A stretch of 51,108 nucleotides of DNA from Methylocella sp. (GTDB lineage: Bacteria; Pseudomonadota; Alphaproteobacteria; Rhizobiales; Beijerinckiaceae), in assembly GCA_050728695.1 (NCBI GenBank), contig JBOHJV010000001.1, positions 1-51,108 of the forward strand. The letters are read 5' to 3'. Position 1 is the stretch's first letter, and each line of letters opens with the position of its first letter. Below are positions 8,716 through 17,674 of this stretch, piece after piece. The translations under genes and the position numbers were made by a program. The notes under the pieces were generated by a model. The model had not been told where the DNA came from. It made no database searches and saw only the letters and a program-made list of their open reading frames with translations.

Positions 8716-9741
8716 TCAGAAAAACAGCCGCGCTCCGAACAGCCAACTGTGATTGTACATTGGCGTGAGAGGGTTCAAGACCTCCGGATGCGGCGTCAGC
8801 GCGGTTTGGTAGCCAACGAGAAGGGCTGCCTTGGCGCGGGTGCCAGCGATCGGATACGGACCGATGATGGTGTCCGCGGTGAGGAATAGCTGGTTCAATC
8901 TCCCGCGCGCGCCGTTGAACCAATAGGTATCATTCAGCTCGATTTCCGGCCAGAGATATGGCAGCAGATGATATTGGAACGCGACATTGGTCACGAGCTG
9001 CGTGCCGAGTATGTTGTAATTGCTCGTCGGCCAGGGCGTGCCGACGGTTGCCTGGATGTCGAAATCCCCCCAGCCTTTTCCGGCGGCGATCGTCGGTGTG
9101 ATATAATAAGCATTGTTCGTAAATGGCTTGATGCCGATCGGCGCCTGTCCGGCGAGATAGGCGGTGACAACATAGTCGCCATTCTCTGCGTTACCGGAAC
9201 CCAGCCGCGTTTTGACAAGAAAAAACGGCAGATCCGCGAAGCCGTCCGCGGGTTGTTTAATCGTCCGCACCTGAACCGGCGGCGCGCCAATAAATATCTC
9301 GTTATAGTAATCTGGGATCAGATGGATGCCTACGGCAGGCATTCCGCCATCGGAAACGGTGACGTTGGCGCCGTTGGGAAGCTTCTGGATGGCTTCCCCA
9401 TACATAACGAATTCCTTGAGCAGCGGGGTGACGGTAGTCAGCGGTGCGGCCCAGGAAGGCTGCGCCACCGAGGTCGCGTCCACGCGTTCGAACCATTCCG
9501 CGATATAATCTGTCACCCCCTGTGCCACATCGGCGCTCCCAGTGGCTTGCGGCGGCGGCAACGCGTCGGCGGCACGCGCGGTCTGCCCCAATCCCAGAAT
9601 CGCCAGCCCAATGGCAAAGGCATGGCGACAGCTGACGGGCGAGCGTGCATTATTATCGCCGCCGCAGGCGTTCTTTTGATTTCCGGCTGATTCGCCAAGG
9701 CCGCTTGGACTGGCCCCGACGGGTGGGTTTTTTCGAGTCAT
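8716..9741 (-). CDS. Uncharacterised secreted protein, probable outer-membrane beta-barrel channel
   Basis: GGAG RBS before ATG 9741. Hydrophobic signal-like stretch ending ARA-AD, amphipathic beta-strand patterns (GKGWGDFDIQATVG, NVAFQYHL) and a terminal Phe beta-signal (WLFGARLFF). Confidence 0.7.
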   Translation of the reverse strand: MTRKNPPVGASPSGLGESAGNQKNACGGDNNARSPVSCRHAFAIGLAILGLGQTARAADALPPPQATGSADVAQGVTDYIAEWFERVDATSVAQPSWAAPLTTVTPLLKEFVMYGEAIQKLPNGANVTVSDGGMPAVGIHLIPDYYNEIFIGAPPVQVRTIKQPADGFADLPFFLVKTRLGSGNAENGDYVVTAYLAGQAPIGIKPFTNNAYYITPTIAAGKGWGDFDIQATVGTPWPTSNYNILGTQLVTNVAFQYHLLPYLWPEIELNDTYWFNGARGRLNQLFLTADTIIGPYPIAGTRAKAALLVGYQTALTPHPEVLNPLTPMYNHSWLFGARLFF

Positions 9742-9875
9742 GCGCAAGCTCCACCGCAAAAGAAATGCCACCGGCGGACCCCCACGTCTGTGCTGGTCAG
9801 TTAGCGGCGTTGCTGGAGGGCCAGGCCCTTCGTTGGACCCGGAAAGGACCGGGAGCCGATCCTTCAAGCTTTTGG
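9742..9875 (-). promoter_or_regulatory. ANTAR (NasT-type) antitermination leader, copy 2
   Basis: gggtcc-AACGAA-gggcct (9823-9840), agc-AACGCC-gct (9802-9815) and terminator gccgcta...cggtggc-atttctttt. Colinear with copy 1. Confidence 0.8.
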
Positions 9876-9891
9876 GCAAACTTCGTGCCAA
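9876..9891 (-). promoter_or_regulatory. sigma54 (-24/-12) promoter of the putative outer-membrane channel gene
   Basis: TTGGCACGAAGTTTGC matches TGGCAC-N5-TTGC. Confidence 0.85.
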
Positions 9892-10232
9892 GTTCGCCGA
9901 GCGGCGATTCCGAGCTGCACCTTTTCCCGCCCCTCCTGGCTATTCGACGTTCAACCTTCTCGGCAATGCGCGCGGGGCCACATTCAACGCGCTTAAGACG
10001 CGAAGAGCAAAGGCTTTGCCAACGATTGGCGGCACGAGCAGTGCGACGCTCGCGACGCCCCGGCCGGTCGCCGCTCTCCTCTCATGACCCAACAAGGGGG
10101 TCTCGATTCAACGTCTGTTGACGTCTGGAGGCCGTGACTGCTTGTTCTCTTGCGTTGAACCCGCGGCCTGAAATGCGCACAACTGAAGTCTCAGTTTCTT
10201 CAAATATTCAAGCAGCGGTAACGCCACCTCGT

Positions 10233-11408
10233 TCAGGCGGCGAGATCGGCGACGACCGCGTCGAGCACCGGGAGGCCTTCCGCGCTGACCCGGATTCTTC
10301 CACGCGGCGTATATTCGACCATGCCTTCGGCGATGAGGGAGGCGACCCGGCGGGGATCGAGGCCGCGCCCGGACATCGCTTGAAACGCCGCCGGTTCGAT
10401 TCCTTCGGCAAGACGCAAACCCATCAGCAGGAATTCATCGCCCTGTTCCTCGGACGACAAATAGTCGTTCTCGACCAAGGCATGGCCGTCGCTCTCGACG
10501 ACGGTCAGCCACATTTCGGGATGGCGTTCCGTCGCTTGCGCGCGGCGGCCTCCCGCGGTCGAAATCCGGCCATGCGCGCCGGGGCCGACGCCGACATATT
10601 CGCCATACCGCCAATAGATGAGATTGTGCCGGCTCTCCGCGCCCGCCCGCGCGTGATTGGAGATTTCATAAGCGGGTAGCCCGGCCTTCGACGTGACCTC
10701 CTGCGTTATGTCCCATAACGCGCGGGCGCAATCGGCATCCGGGAGGATGAGCTTACCCGCGTCGCGCAAACGCTCAAACATCGTGTCTGGCTCGATCGTG
10801 AGCTGATAAAGCGAGATGTGGTCCCGCGCGCGGAGAATTGCCCTTGCCAATTCCTCCCGCCAGCCGGCGGTTGTTTGGCCTGGCCGCGCATAGATTAGAT
10901 CGAAGCTATAGCGCTCGAAGATGGACGCGGCGAGTTCCACCGCGCGCATCGCTTCGGCCGCCGTGTGGCTCCGGCCGAGCGCCTTCAAGTCCGAGTCGTT
11001 CATCGCTTGGACCCCGAGCGAGACACGGTTGACGCCGGCCGAGCGGAAGTCGCGAAGCCGCTCTGCCTCGACGCTGGTCGGATTGGCTTCGAGGGTAATC
11101 TCGGCATCGGGCACGACCGGCCATAGCGCGGCGATCGCATCGAGAATGGCGGCGGTTGTTTGCGGCTTCATCAAGGATGGCGTGCCGCCGCCGAAAAAGA
11201 TCGAGGCGACGATGCGGCCTTCCGTAAACGCCGCGCGGTGCGCGAGTTCAGCCTTAAAAGCCTCGATATAACGGGCCTCGTCGATCGGCTTCGCGCGCAC
11301 ATGGCTGTTGAAATCGCAGTAGGGGCATTTGGAGAGGCAAAACGGCCAATGCACATAGACCCCAAAGCCTGGGCCGGCACTGATGCTGGTTTGCACGGAC
11401 ATCTTCAT
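10233..11408 (-). CDS. hemW: Radical SAM heme chaperone HemW (HemN-like)
   Basis: YVHWPFCLSKCPYCDFNSH (CxxxCxxC), FFGGGTPS, EANP, YEISNHA and HNLIYW. Start at 11408 or 11402. Confidence 0.9.
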   Translation of the reverse strand: MKMSVQTSISAGPGFGVYVHWPFCLSKCPYCDFNSHVRAKPIDEARYIEAFKAELAHRAAFTEGRIVASIFFGGGTPSLMKPQTTAAILDAIAALWPVVPDAEITLEANPTSVEAERLRDFRSAGVNRVSLGVQAMNDSDLKALGRSHTAAEAMRAVELAASIFERYSFDLIYARPGQTTAGWREELARAILRARDHISLYQLTIEPDTMFERLRDAGKLILPDADCARALWDITQEVTSKAGLPAYEISNHARAGAESRHNLIYWRYGEYVGVGPGAHGRISTAGGRRAQATERHPEMWLTVVESDGHALVENDYLSSEEQGDEFLLMGLRLAEGIEPAAFQAMSGRGLDPRRVASLIAEGMVEYTPRGRIRVSAEGLPVLDAVVADLAA

Positions 11409-11474
11409 TTCGCTCACGCCATTCTGGAGAACCGCCGGAAGCATCGGTTCCCGCCATCATCGCGGATTCTTCCG

Positions 11475-11520
11475 CGCGGGCAAACTCGCGCAACATTCGC
11501 GGGCAAACTCGCGCAACATT
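11475..11520. repeat. Perfect 23-bp tandem duplication
   Basis: cgcgggcaaactcgcgcaacatt x2 (11475-11497, 11498-11520). Confidence 0.9.
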
Positions 11521-11665
11521 GATCGAATTTCGAACCGGCGCCAGAAACCGCAGATTCGCCGCCATTTGTTAAGAATGGGTACACCACGTTTGCTTAAGTT
11601 TGGAAAGTGCACAGCTCGGAGGGCGTTGCGTTGGGCCCTGACGAATATGAATTAAAGGTGGGTGT

Positions 11666-12544
11666 TTGAATTATCTCCAACCGCCGCCGGCGCCTTCGCC
11701 CGTCATCGTCATGAAAGATGTTGGGGGCCTCGTCGCGGATTACCAGCGCCAAACCGCGATCTACCGGGCGTCGGAGCGCGAGGTCAGACTGCACGAGTGC
11801 CGCTCGGCTTGCACAATGGCGCTCGGCCTGCCCAATGTTTGCGTCTATCCAGACAGCACGCTTAAATTTCATTTTGCCTACGATCCCCGCAATCATCAAC
11901 CCAACCCAGAAGTCTCGCAACAATTATTTAATTCTCTTCCTGCCGCCGTGCGGGCGCGGCTTGGAACCTTGACGCGCAATTACAAGGTCCTAAGCGGAAG
12001 CGAGCTGATCAAGCTTGGGATCAGGGATTGCAACGAGCCCAAGAGCAACGAGCCCAAGAGCAAGGAGGCACGGATCATGGTCGCATCGGCCGCCGCCGGG
12101 AAGCCTCCGCTTGCCGCCGAGCCCCGCGCGGAAATGCCTCTGCTCGTGCGCCTGATGGACAAAATGCTGACGGTTTTTGCCGCCGGGGAGGCGGCGGGCG
12201 CCATGCAGCGCGGCGCCGTCCCGACGCCTGTTCCAGCTCGGATTTTGTTGGCCGAGGCGCCACTTCCGCCAGCGCGCCCGGCCGAGCTCATCCATTCAGA
12301 CAGCCTCGCCGTCACCCAAGCGCCGGCGGAGTCGCCGGGCCAGCCGGCAGCCGCGTCTTATCGCGTCGAGGCGGCGCAATCGGGGGATGCGCCATCGCCG
12401 CTCCGGGCGACCGAAGTCCCGCCCTTAGCTGGCAAGCTTGCCGCCGAGGACAGGCTTTCGCGGCCAGTCTTGCCGAAAATTATTACCGGCGCGCAGCCCA
12501 TTCTGCCGCCTGGCTTTAGCGCTTACGCCGGTTTTGACCGTTAA
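11666..12544 (+). CDS. Conserved hypothetical protein: N-terminal ClpP/crotonase-like domain and Pro/Ala-rich tail
   Basis: KDVGG...ECRSACTMALGLPNVCVYPDSTLKFH resembles a common Rhizobiales hypothetical family. Low-complexity C-terminus. Start uncertain (TTG). Confidence 0.65.
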   Translation: MNYLQPPPAPSPVIVMKDVGGLVADYQRQTAIYRASEREVRLHECRSACTMALGLPNVCVYPDSTLKFHFAYDPRNHQPNPEVSQQLFNSLPAAVRARLGTLTRNYKVLSGSELIKLGIRDCNEPKSNEPKSKEARIMVASAAAGKPPLAAEPRAEMPLLVRLMDKMLTVFAAGEAAGAMQRGAVPTPVPARILLAEAPLPPARPAELIHSDSLAVTQAPAESPGQPAAASYRVEAAQSGDAPSPLRATEVPPLAGKLAAEDRLSRPVLPKIITGAQPILPPGFSAYAGFDR

Positions 12545-12969
12545 ATCGATAGGCCGAGATGAGCCGCGCCTGCCCAAAGCCAGCCGCGCGCATCCCACGT
12601 TTGAAGCTTGCTCCACCGGGCGTGGCGCGCGAAATCCGCGTTCCATTGCCGTGGCGTTTTGGTATGTCGCGCGAGGACGCGCCTTCGCGAAGAACAGACA
12701 AGGCCGTTGACGGTTCGCCGCGTGTCCTTCATCCGGCGGGCCGCGCTCGCGTCGGCCGGGGAGGAAGAGAGCGAAAATGCGCCATTCCAAATCCATCGGA
12801 TCGCCCAGATTCAACGTTGCCTTCTTTAAGAAAGGCAGTTCTAAAATCCTTCGCTTATGAAAAAACCGTCAACCCGGCCTAAGATCAGGGTGGTTCAATG
12901 CCGCCGGCCCTGCACTTCGAGCTTGACGGCGCACGGCTGGCGCGGGTTTCTTCGGCGATTACCGCTTCC

Positions 12970-12984
12970 GTTCGAGTCTCGATC
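12970..12984 (+). promoter_or_regulatory. Putative alphaproteobacterial LexA (SOS) box
   Basis: GTTC-GAGTCTC-GATC, one mismatch to GTTC-N7-GTTC, 11 bp upstream of mmcB, a known SOS gene in Caulobacter. Confidence 0.5.
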
Positions 12985-12995
12985 AAATAGCCGCC

Positions 12996-13475
12996 ATGCC
13001 AGGATTGCCTAAGCCCTTTTCGCCGCAAGGTGGCCGCCAGTCCGAGACGGCGCATATTGTCGCGCGCGGGACGCGGCGACTGTTGAGGCGGCTCAACTTT
13101 TCGACTGTCGCCGAATTGCCGCTGCACTCGGGGCGGCGCGCCGACATCGTCGCGCTAGCAATGGACGCGACGATTTTTATCGTCGAAATCAAATCCTCCG
13201 TCGCGGATTTTCGCGCCGACGCCAAATGGCGGGACTATCGCGCCCATTGCGACGGGCTGTTTTTCGCGATTCCCGAAACCGTGCCGATCGAAATCATGCC
13301 CGAGGACGCGGGGCTTATCCTGGCCGACGCCTATGGCGCCGAAATTTTGCGGCAAGCGCCGGAACATCGGATCGCCGCCGCCACCCGCCGCGCGTTGCTC
13401 ATCCGTTTTGCGCACGCCGCGGCGCAGCGGCTGCACCGCTTGAGCGACCCCGAGGTGGTCGCGCGGGGCGGTTGA
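12996..13475 (+). CDS. mmcB: MmcB family DNA repair protein (PD-(D/E)XK nuclease-like)
   Basis: ELPLHSGRRADIVAL..IVEIKSSVADFRADAKWRDYRAHCDGLFFA. Confidence 0.88.
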   Translation: MPGLPKPFSPQGGRQSETAHIVARGTRRLLRRLNFSTVAELPLHSGRRADIVALAMDATIFIVEIKSSVADFRADAKWRDYRAHCDGLFFAIPETVPIEIMPEDAGLILADAYGAEILRQAPEHRIAAATRRALLIRFAHAAAQRLHRLSDPEVVARGG

Positions 13476-13562
13476 GAGCTTGTCCCAAAAAGTTACCGCG
13501 TTCTTGGATGAGATCGCGCGACCCAATAAATACTTACGCGACACAATAAATACTTAAGAGCA
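13474..13562. repeat. Degenerate Rhizobiales intergenic repeat with an internal 20-bp tandem duplication
   Basis: cgcgac(c/a)caataaatactta x2 (13517-13556) within a gagagc..aaaagtt..agatcgcgcg..cttaagagc frame between convergent genes. Confidence 0.55.
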
Positions 13563-13621
13563 TACGCCGCTGTCGGCCGAACCCCTCCGCGCTTGTACCC
13601 CATGACCGTAAGCCGAAGAAT

Positions 13622-14224
13622 TTAAGAACGATGCCGTAAGATCGCAAAGGGCGAATCTGTCGCGGCTTCGCCACCAACATTCGTATCTTCGTAAGCAGCT
13701 CCCGGCTTGCGCGGATAAAGATCGAGATTCAGGGCCAAAAATTCGGCCGCCAGCGCGCCAAGATCGATTTGGCCATTGATAATCGGATCAGGAGGGTCTT
13801 GCCGCCCGGCGAAAATTGCCGCCCCGCCCGTCGTCATTTTCCGGCCGGCCGGCTCGCCCCCAGGCTGACGAGACGGCGCGAAATCCACTTCAATTGGAGC
13901 GCTCACAAAGGTCTCGAAAGGCTCGAGGCTGACAACGCAAGTTTGAGTCACAAGCGCGCGCAAAACGCCGCTGACCTTGTAGCATTCCGGGCCATGTTTG
14001 CGCACATGGAATCCGACCTCGAATGTTTGAACCGCAACGAGGCCGGAATCGTCCGCGAGCGCGGCGCATTCGGTCTTGCCGGCGCAAAGCTTTATGGCGA
14101 GACCGGCGTCCGGCACGGTCTTGACGGCAAGGATGCGTGTCAAACGCCCCGGCCCAAGCTTGGCGCCAGTCTTGTCGGGACCGGGCTTGCGAAATTTCGG
14201 ACCGGGAACGGTGTTGGATGTCAT
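13622..14224 (-). CDS. YceD/DUF177 family protein
   Basis: VTQTCVVSLEPF and IDLGALAAEFLALNLDLYPRKPGA..SPFAIL. Typical cbp3-yceD synteny. Confidence 0.85.
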   Translation of the reverse strand: MTSNTVPGPKFRKPGPDKTGAKLGPGRLTRILAVKTVPDAGLAIKLCAGKTECAALADDSGLVAVQTFEVGFHVRKHGPECYKVSGVLRALVTQTCVVSLEPFETFVSAPIEVDFAPSRQPGGEPAGRKMTTGGAAIFAGRQDPPDPIINGQIDLGALAAEFLALNLDLYPRKPGAAYEDTNVGGEAATDSPFAILRHRS

Positions 14225-14255
14225 CGCCACCCCCTGGTTGCGGATTATTAAAACA

Positions 14256-14852
14256 TCAACGCCGAAAAGCGGTAGCCATTTCGCGTGAAAACCTGGGACC
14301 CTGCTCGATCGAAGCGGACCGCGCGCAACGAACGGCGGCGGCCGGCGGAAACGGAACCGGGCCCAGAGTGAAGGCATCGAGCGAGACCTTGGCCAAGGCG
14401 TCGTTCGCCATTTCCACATATCGCGCGAGCCGGTCTGGATTTTTGCGGCCATCGTAGACGTTTCGCGCGATCGCGGCGACGAGCCCCGGTGCGCCGCCGT
14501 TGAGGGCGAGGTCATAAGCCCCGGCGCGCCCGAAAAAAGCCCCGGCGATGGTTTTCATCTCTTTTGGCACGCTTATGTCGCCAACGCCCATTTCCCGCAA
14601 GGCGATCTCGAACGAGCGAAAAATGGCGTCGGTGAGATCTTGGGCAATTTCGGGAGCAGGCGGGTCCATGCGATTGAGACGCCGGAGGACAAGAACCGCA
14701 TGTAATGTCACCGCCTCGAAGCGGCCTTCGAGACTGTCTTCGATGCCGTACTCCGTGAACAGGATGGGATCGCGGGCCGCCGCCACGATCTCGCCGGAAA
14801 GCCGGTCGATTAGTCGCCGATTGGCGGAGCGCTGGAAGATCCGGAAAACCAT
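14256..14852 (-). CDS. Ubiquinol-cytochrome c chaperone (Cbp3 family)
   Basis: AARDP.LF..YGIEDSLEGRFE..LH and LREMGVGDISVPKEMK. Divergent from bamE. Confidence 0.88.
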   Translation of the reverse strand: MVFRIFQRSANRRLIDRLSGEIVAAARDPILFTEYGIEDSLEGRFEAVTLHAVLVLRRLNRMDPPAPEIAQDLTDAIFRSFEIALREMGVGDISVPKEMKTIAGAFFGRAGAYDLALNGGAPGLVAAIARNVYDGRKNPDRLARYVEMANDALAKVSLDAFTLGPVPFPPAAAVRCARSASIEQGPRFSREMATAFRR

Positions 14853-15120
14853 GTTGTCCTCTTCCAAAGGCGCCGCCGAGGCCGCCATGCCTGGCGATCG
14901 GCGGACCTTGCTTTTCGTTGGCACGGAGGCTACGCATCGCGCGGCTAGACGCAAGGATTATCGTGCATAGGTTTCGCGGGACCGGTCCGTTGTCCGCGCG
15001 GCGGCACCAATGGCGCAAGCAATTTGTTCATTTGTTTCGTGGAGTTTTCCTGCAGCATGGCATTTGCCTGGCCTGGACTGGAGCATGCTTCGCCAAATGC
15101 CTAACTCGGAGGCGTGCGGA

Positions 15121-15594
15121 ATGGAGTTTATGAGGGCGCGAGGTTGGAGCGGAAGGCGCCGAGCTCTGGGCGGCAAGAAACTCGTCATTGCGGCGGCGCT
15201 TGCGCTGGGGCTTTCCGGCTGCCTTGGCTATGACGGTCAAGTCAACCACGGCTATCAGCTCAACCCCAAAACAGCGGAAGATGTCAAGGTTGGGTCTTCC
15301 GCCGAGCAGATCCTGGTTCTTTTGGGGTCGCCGACGACGACGTCCACCGTCGGCGGCGATGCCTGGTATTACATAAGCCAAACCACCAATCGCGGCCTTG
15401 GGTTCATGCCGCCGAAAGTTACCGACCAGCGGGTCTTCGCGGTTTATTTCTCCAAGGACAAAAAGGTCGCACGCGTCGCCGATTATGGCATGGAGGACGG
15501 CAAGCTCATCGATTTCGTATCGCGCACCACGCCGACGGCTGGCGCCGAATCGACCTTCCTCAAGGGCATGTTCATCAACCTTCTGCATTTCTAA
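15121..15594 (+). CDS. bamE: Outer membrane protein assembly factor BamE (SmpA/OmlA lipoprotein)
   Basis: Lipobox LSGC, LGSPTT, WYYISQ and SRTTPT.G.E. Confidence 0.9.
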   Translation: MEFMRARGWSGRRRALGGKKLVIAAALALGLSGCLGYDGQVNHGYQLNPKTAEDVKVGSSAEQILVLLGSPTTTSTVGGDAWYYISQTTNRGLGFMPPKVTDQRVFAVYFSKDKKVARVADYGMEDGKLIDFVSRTTPTAGAESTFLKGMFINLLHF

Positions 15595-16048
15595 GCGCGT
15601 TCACGCTGCCGCGCCAACGCGAGCCCGCTGACGCGTTTCCATACTTGGCGCGCCTGATCAAATCTGGCGGCCAAGGTTTGCCTCGAGCAGTTCGTTGTAG
15701 CAATACGCCGGGGATGTCTTGCTTGATGTTTAAAAGCCCGAAGCGGGCGCGGTTGATTCACAACCTGCGCGGCCTTGGCGGTGTTGACGGGACGCGTATT
15801 GGTTGAAGCGTTTCGTGCCTTGCGAACCGCGCGCCGCCGGGAGAAGCGGAAGCCGCTTATCCGCCTTGAGCCGCCCAAATCCCGCGGGTGCTTTAAACAT
15901 CGCGGCGCCCGCGCCGTGTGTTCGCCTTGGCTGTAGGCGGGTGGTCTTGGCAAATCTCCTTGGATAGCTCGCTATGGGGCGGTATGGTCGAAATCGAGCA
16001 TGCAAGACTCTGAGCGTCTTGCAAATCAGTGCTCCGGCCCTTGTGCGG

Positions 16049-16528
16049 TTAGCCCTGGCAAGCAATTGGAAAGGCAGTTTCGCATTTGACGTTTTCCAAG
16101 GCGAAACGCGACGTAACGTTCCTGAGCGGAATTATTTCGATCAGATGCTTGTAAAAAACATCGAAGGCTGCGGCATCAGGTACGACGACACGCAAGCCGT
16201 AATCGACGTCGCCCGCCATGCGATAGCATTCCATGACTTCTTCCATCGCGGCAATTTCTCCGGCGAAGCGCGCAATCGCCTTGCCCGAATGATCACCCAC
16301 CTGGACCGAAACGAATGCGGTCAATCCGAGCCCGAGTTTTAGCGGATCGAGCAGCGCGATGCGCCGCTTGATCACGCCCGATGCATTGAGCCGCTGTAGC
16401 CTTTTCCAACATGCGGTGTGCGAAAGACCGACCTGCGTGGCGATTTCCCGAATCGACAAGGAGGCGTCTTTTTGGACGATGCGCAAAATCCGCTTGTCGA
16501 TCATATCCATGGCGATTGGTTCGTTCAT
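16049..16528 (-). CDS. Lrp/AsnC family transcriptional regulator
   Basis: HTH DKRILRIVQKDASLSIREIATQVGLSHTACWKRLQRL and RAM domain VMECYRMAGDVDY. Confidence 0.92.
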   Translation of the reverse strand: MNEPIAMDMIDKRILRIVQKDASLSIREIATQVGLSHTACWKRLQRLNASGVIKRRIALLDPLKLGLGLTAFVSVQVGDHSGKAIARFAGEIAAMEEVMECYRMAGDVDYGLRVVVPDAAAFDVFYKHLIEIIPLRNVTSRFALENVKCETAFPIACQG

Positions 16529-16646
16529 TTCAGGTCCTGAGTGTTTGAATTTATGTCTATAAAATTTACCATTTAAATGGTACCTTCTAAAGCATGGCTT
16601 CGCAAGCTTAGCAGGAGCATTGCCGCATAAATGCGAGCCGGAAAGT

Positions 16647-17252
16647 TTAGTCGCGTCGGCCAGCGGGGCGTTTTACTAAGCCGGTGGCCTTGCAGGCTTT
16701 TTGGCGACGCGGACGCGGCATTTTGCCTAGCCAGGCGGCAATATGGCGAGGATAGTCAGCGAGTTGGACTTCGTTCTCCGACCCCTTGACCCGTCCTCGC
16801 ACGGAAATCCCCGCCTCGTGCACGCTCGCTTGCGAGCCGGAGACGAGGGGATGCCACCAGGCGAGATCGTGCCCTTCAGCGATGAGCCGGTAGGCGCAAG
16901 ACGGCGGCAACCAGCCGAGAGCCCGGACCTTGGCCGGGGTTAATTTGATGCAATCACGCACCCTGCGGCGGCGGTGCGCATAATCGGCGCAGCGGCAGGT
17001 GTTCTTGTTAAAGAGCTTGCAGGCGACGTCGGTGAAGTGAATTTTGCCGCTCTCCTCGTCTTCAAGCTTGACAAGACAGCAGCGGCCGCATCCGTCGCAG
17101 AGACTCTCCCATTCCACCTTATTGAGTTCTTCGAGCGGTTTTCGCTTCCAAAATGGGACTTCGTCCACAAGCTTTGCCGTGCCTCGCGGGTTTGCCCCGA
17201 AGTCAGCGCCGTCCCATGCGGCGAGTTTGCTGCGCGAAGTTGGTGAAGGCAT
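16647..17252 (-). CDS. YcgN/UPF0260 cysteine-cluster protein
   Basis: [34 protein letters not shown] and WHPLVSG. Start uncertain. Confidence 0.88.
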   Translation of the reverse strand: MPSPTSRSKLAAWDGADFGANPRGTAKLVDEVPFWKRKPLEELNKVEWESLCDGCGRCCLVKLEDEESGKIHFTDVACKLFNKNTCRCADYAHRRRRVRDCIKLTPAKVRALGWLPPSCAYRLIAEGHDLAWWHPLVSGSQASVHEAGISVRGRVKGSENEVQLADYPRHIAAWLGKMPRPRRQKACKATGLVKRPAGRRD

Positions 17253-17674
17253 CGGACCTGTCTGTCCGGGGGCAAAGTGGCCAGCCTCCCTTGCGCCTCG
17301 CCATGGCAATCGTCAAGACGGAACGGTCGGCATTTTCCGTCGAGCACGGCTCACGGTGGCCGGTCATGGCGACACATAAACTCAGTGGCAAGGCTTCTCG
17401 CTTGGCCGGTTTGATGTGACAAGATCAGCCATCGCCTCCATCGCCCATCGGCTTGAATTCCGCCCGGCCGGCTTTGGGCCAACCCGCTTGCCGGGCCATG
17501 CGCTGTCTTACTTCAGGGATCAGGAACCTTCTGTCATCTTTTGTCGGAATAATTGCATTGCGTCGTCAAATCTTGCGTTGATTATCTTGGCGCGCGGGGA
17601 GGAACATTTGGGAAAGTTTGCCGCGCCGAGCTTGGCGAGCTAGGATTGCGAATCGCCGCAGGGCGCGAAAGGAC

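Noticed and set aside
12031..12064. 15-bp tandem repeat (NEPKS x2)
   Set aside because: In-frame slippage in a low-complexity linker with no sign of a special function.
15595..16048. 450-bp gap between bamE and the Lrp gene
   Set aside because: No credible ORF or recognisable RNA motif beyond a short hairpin near 16001-16023.
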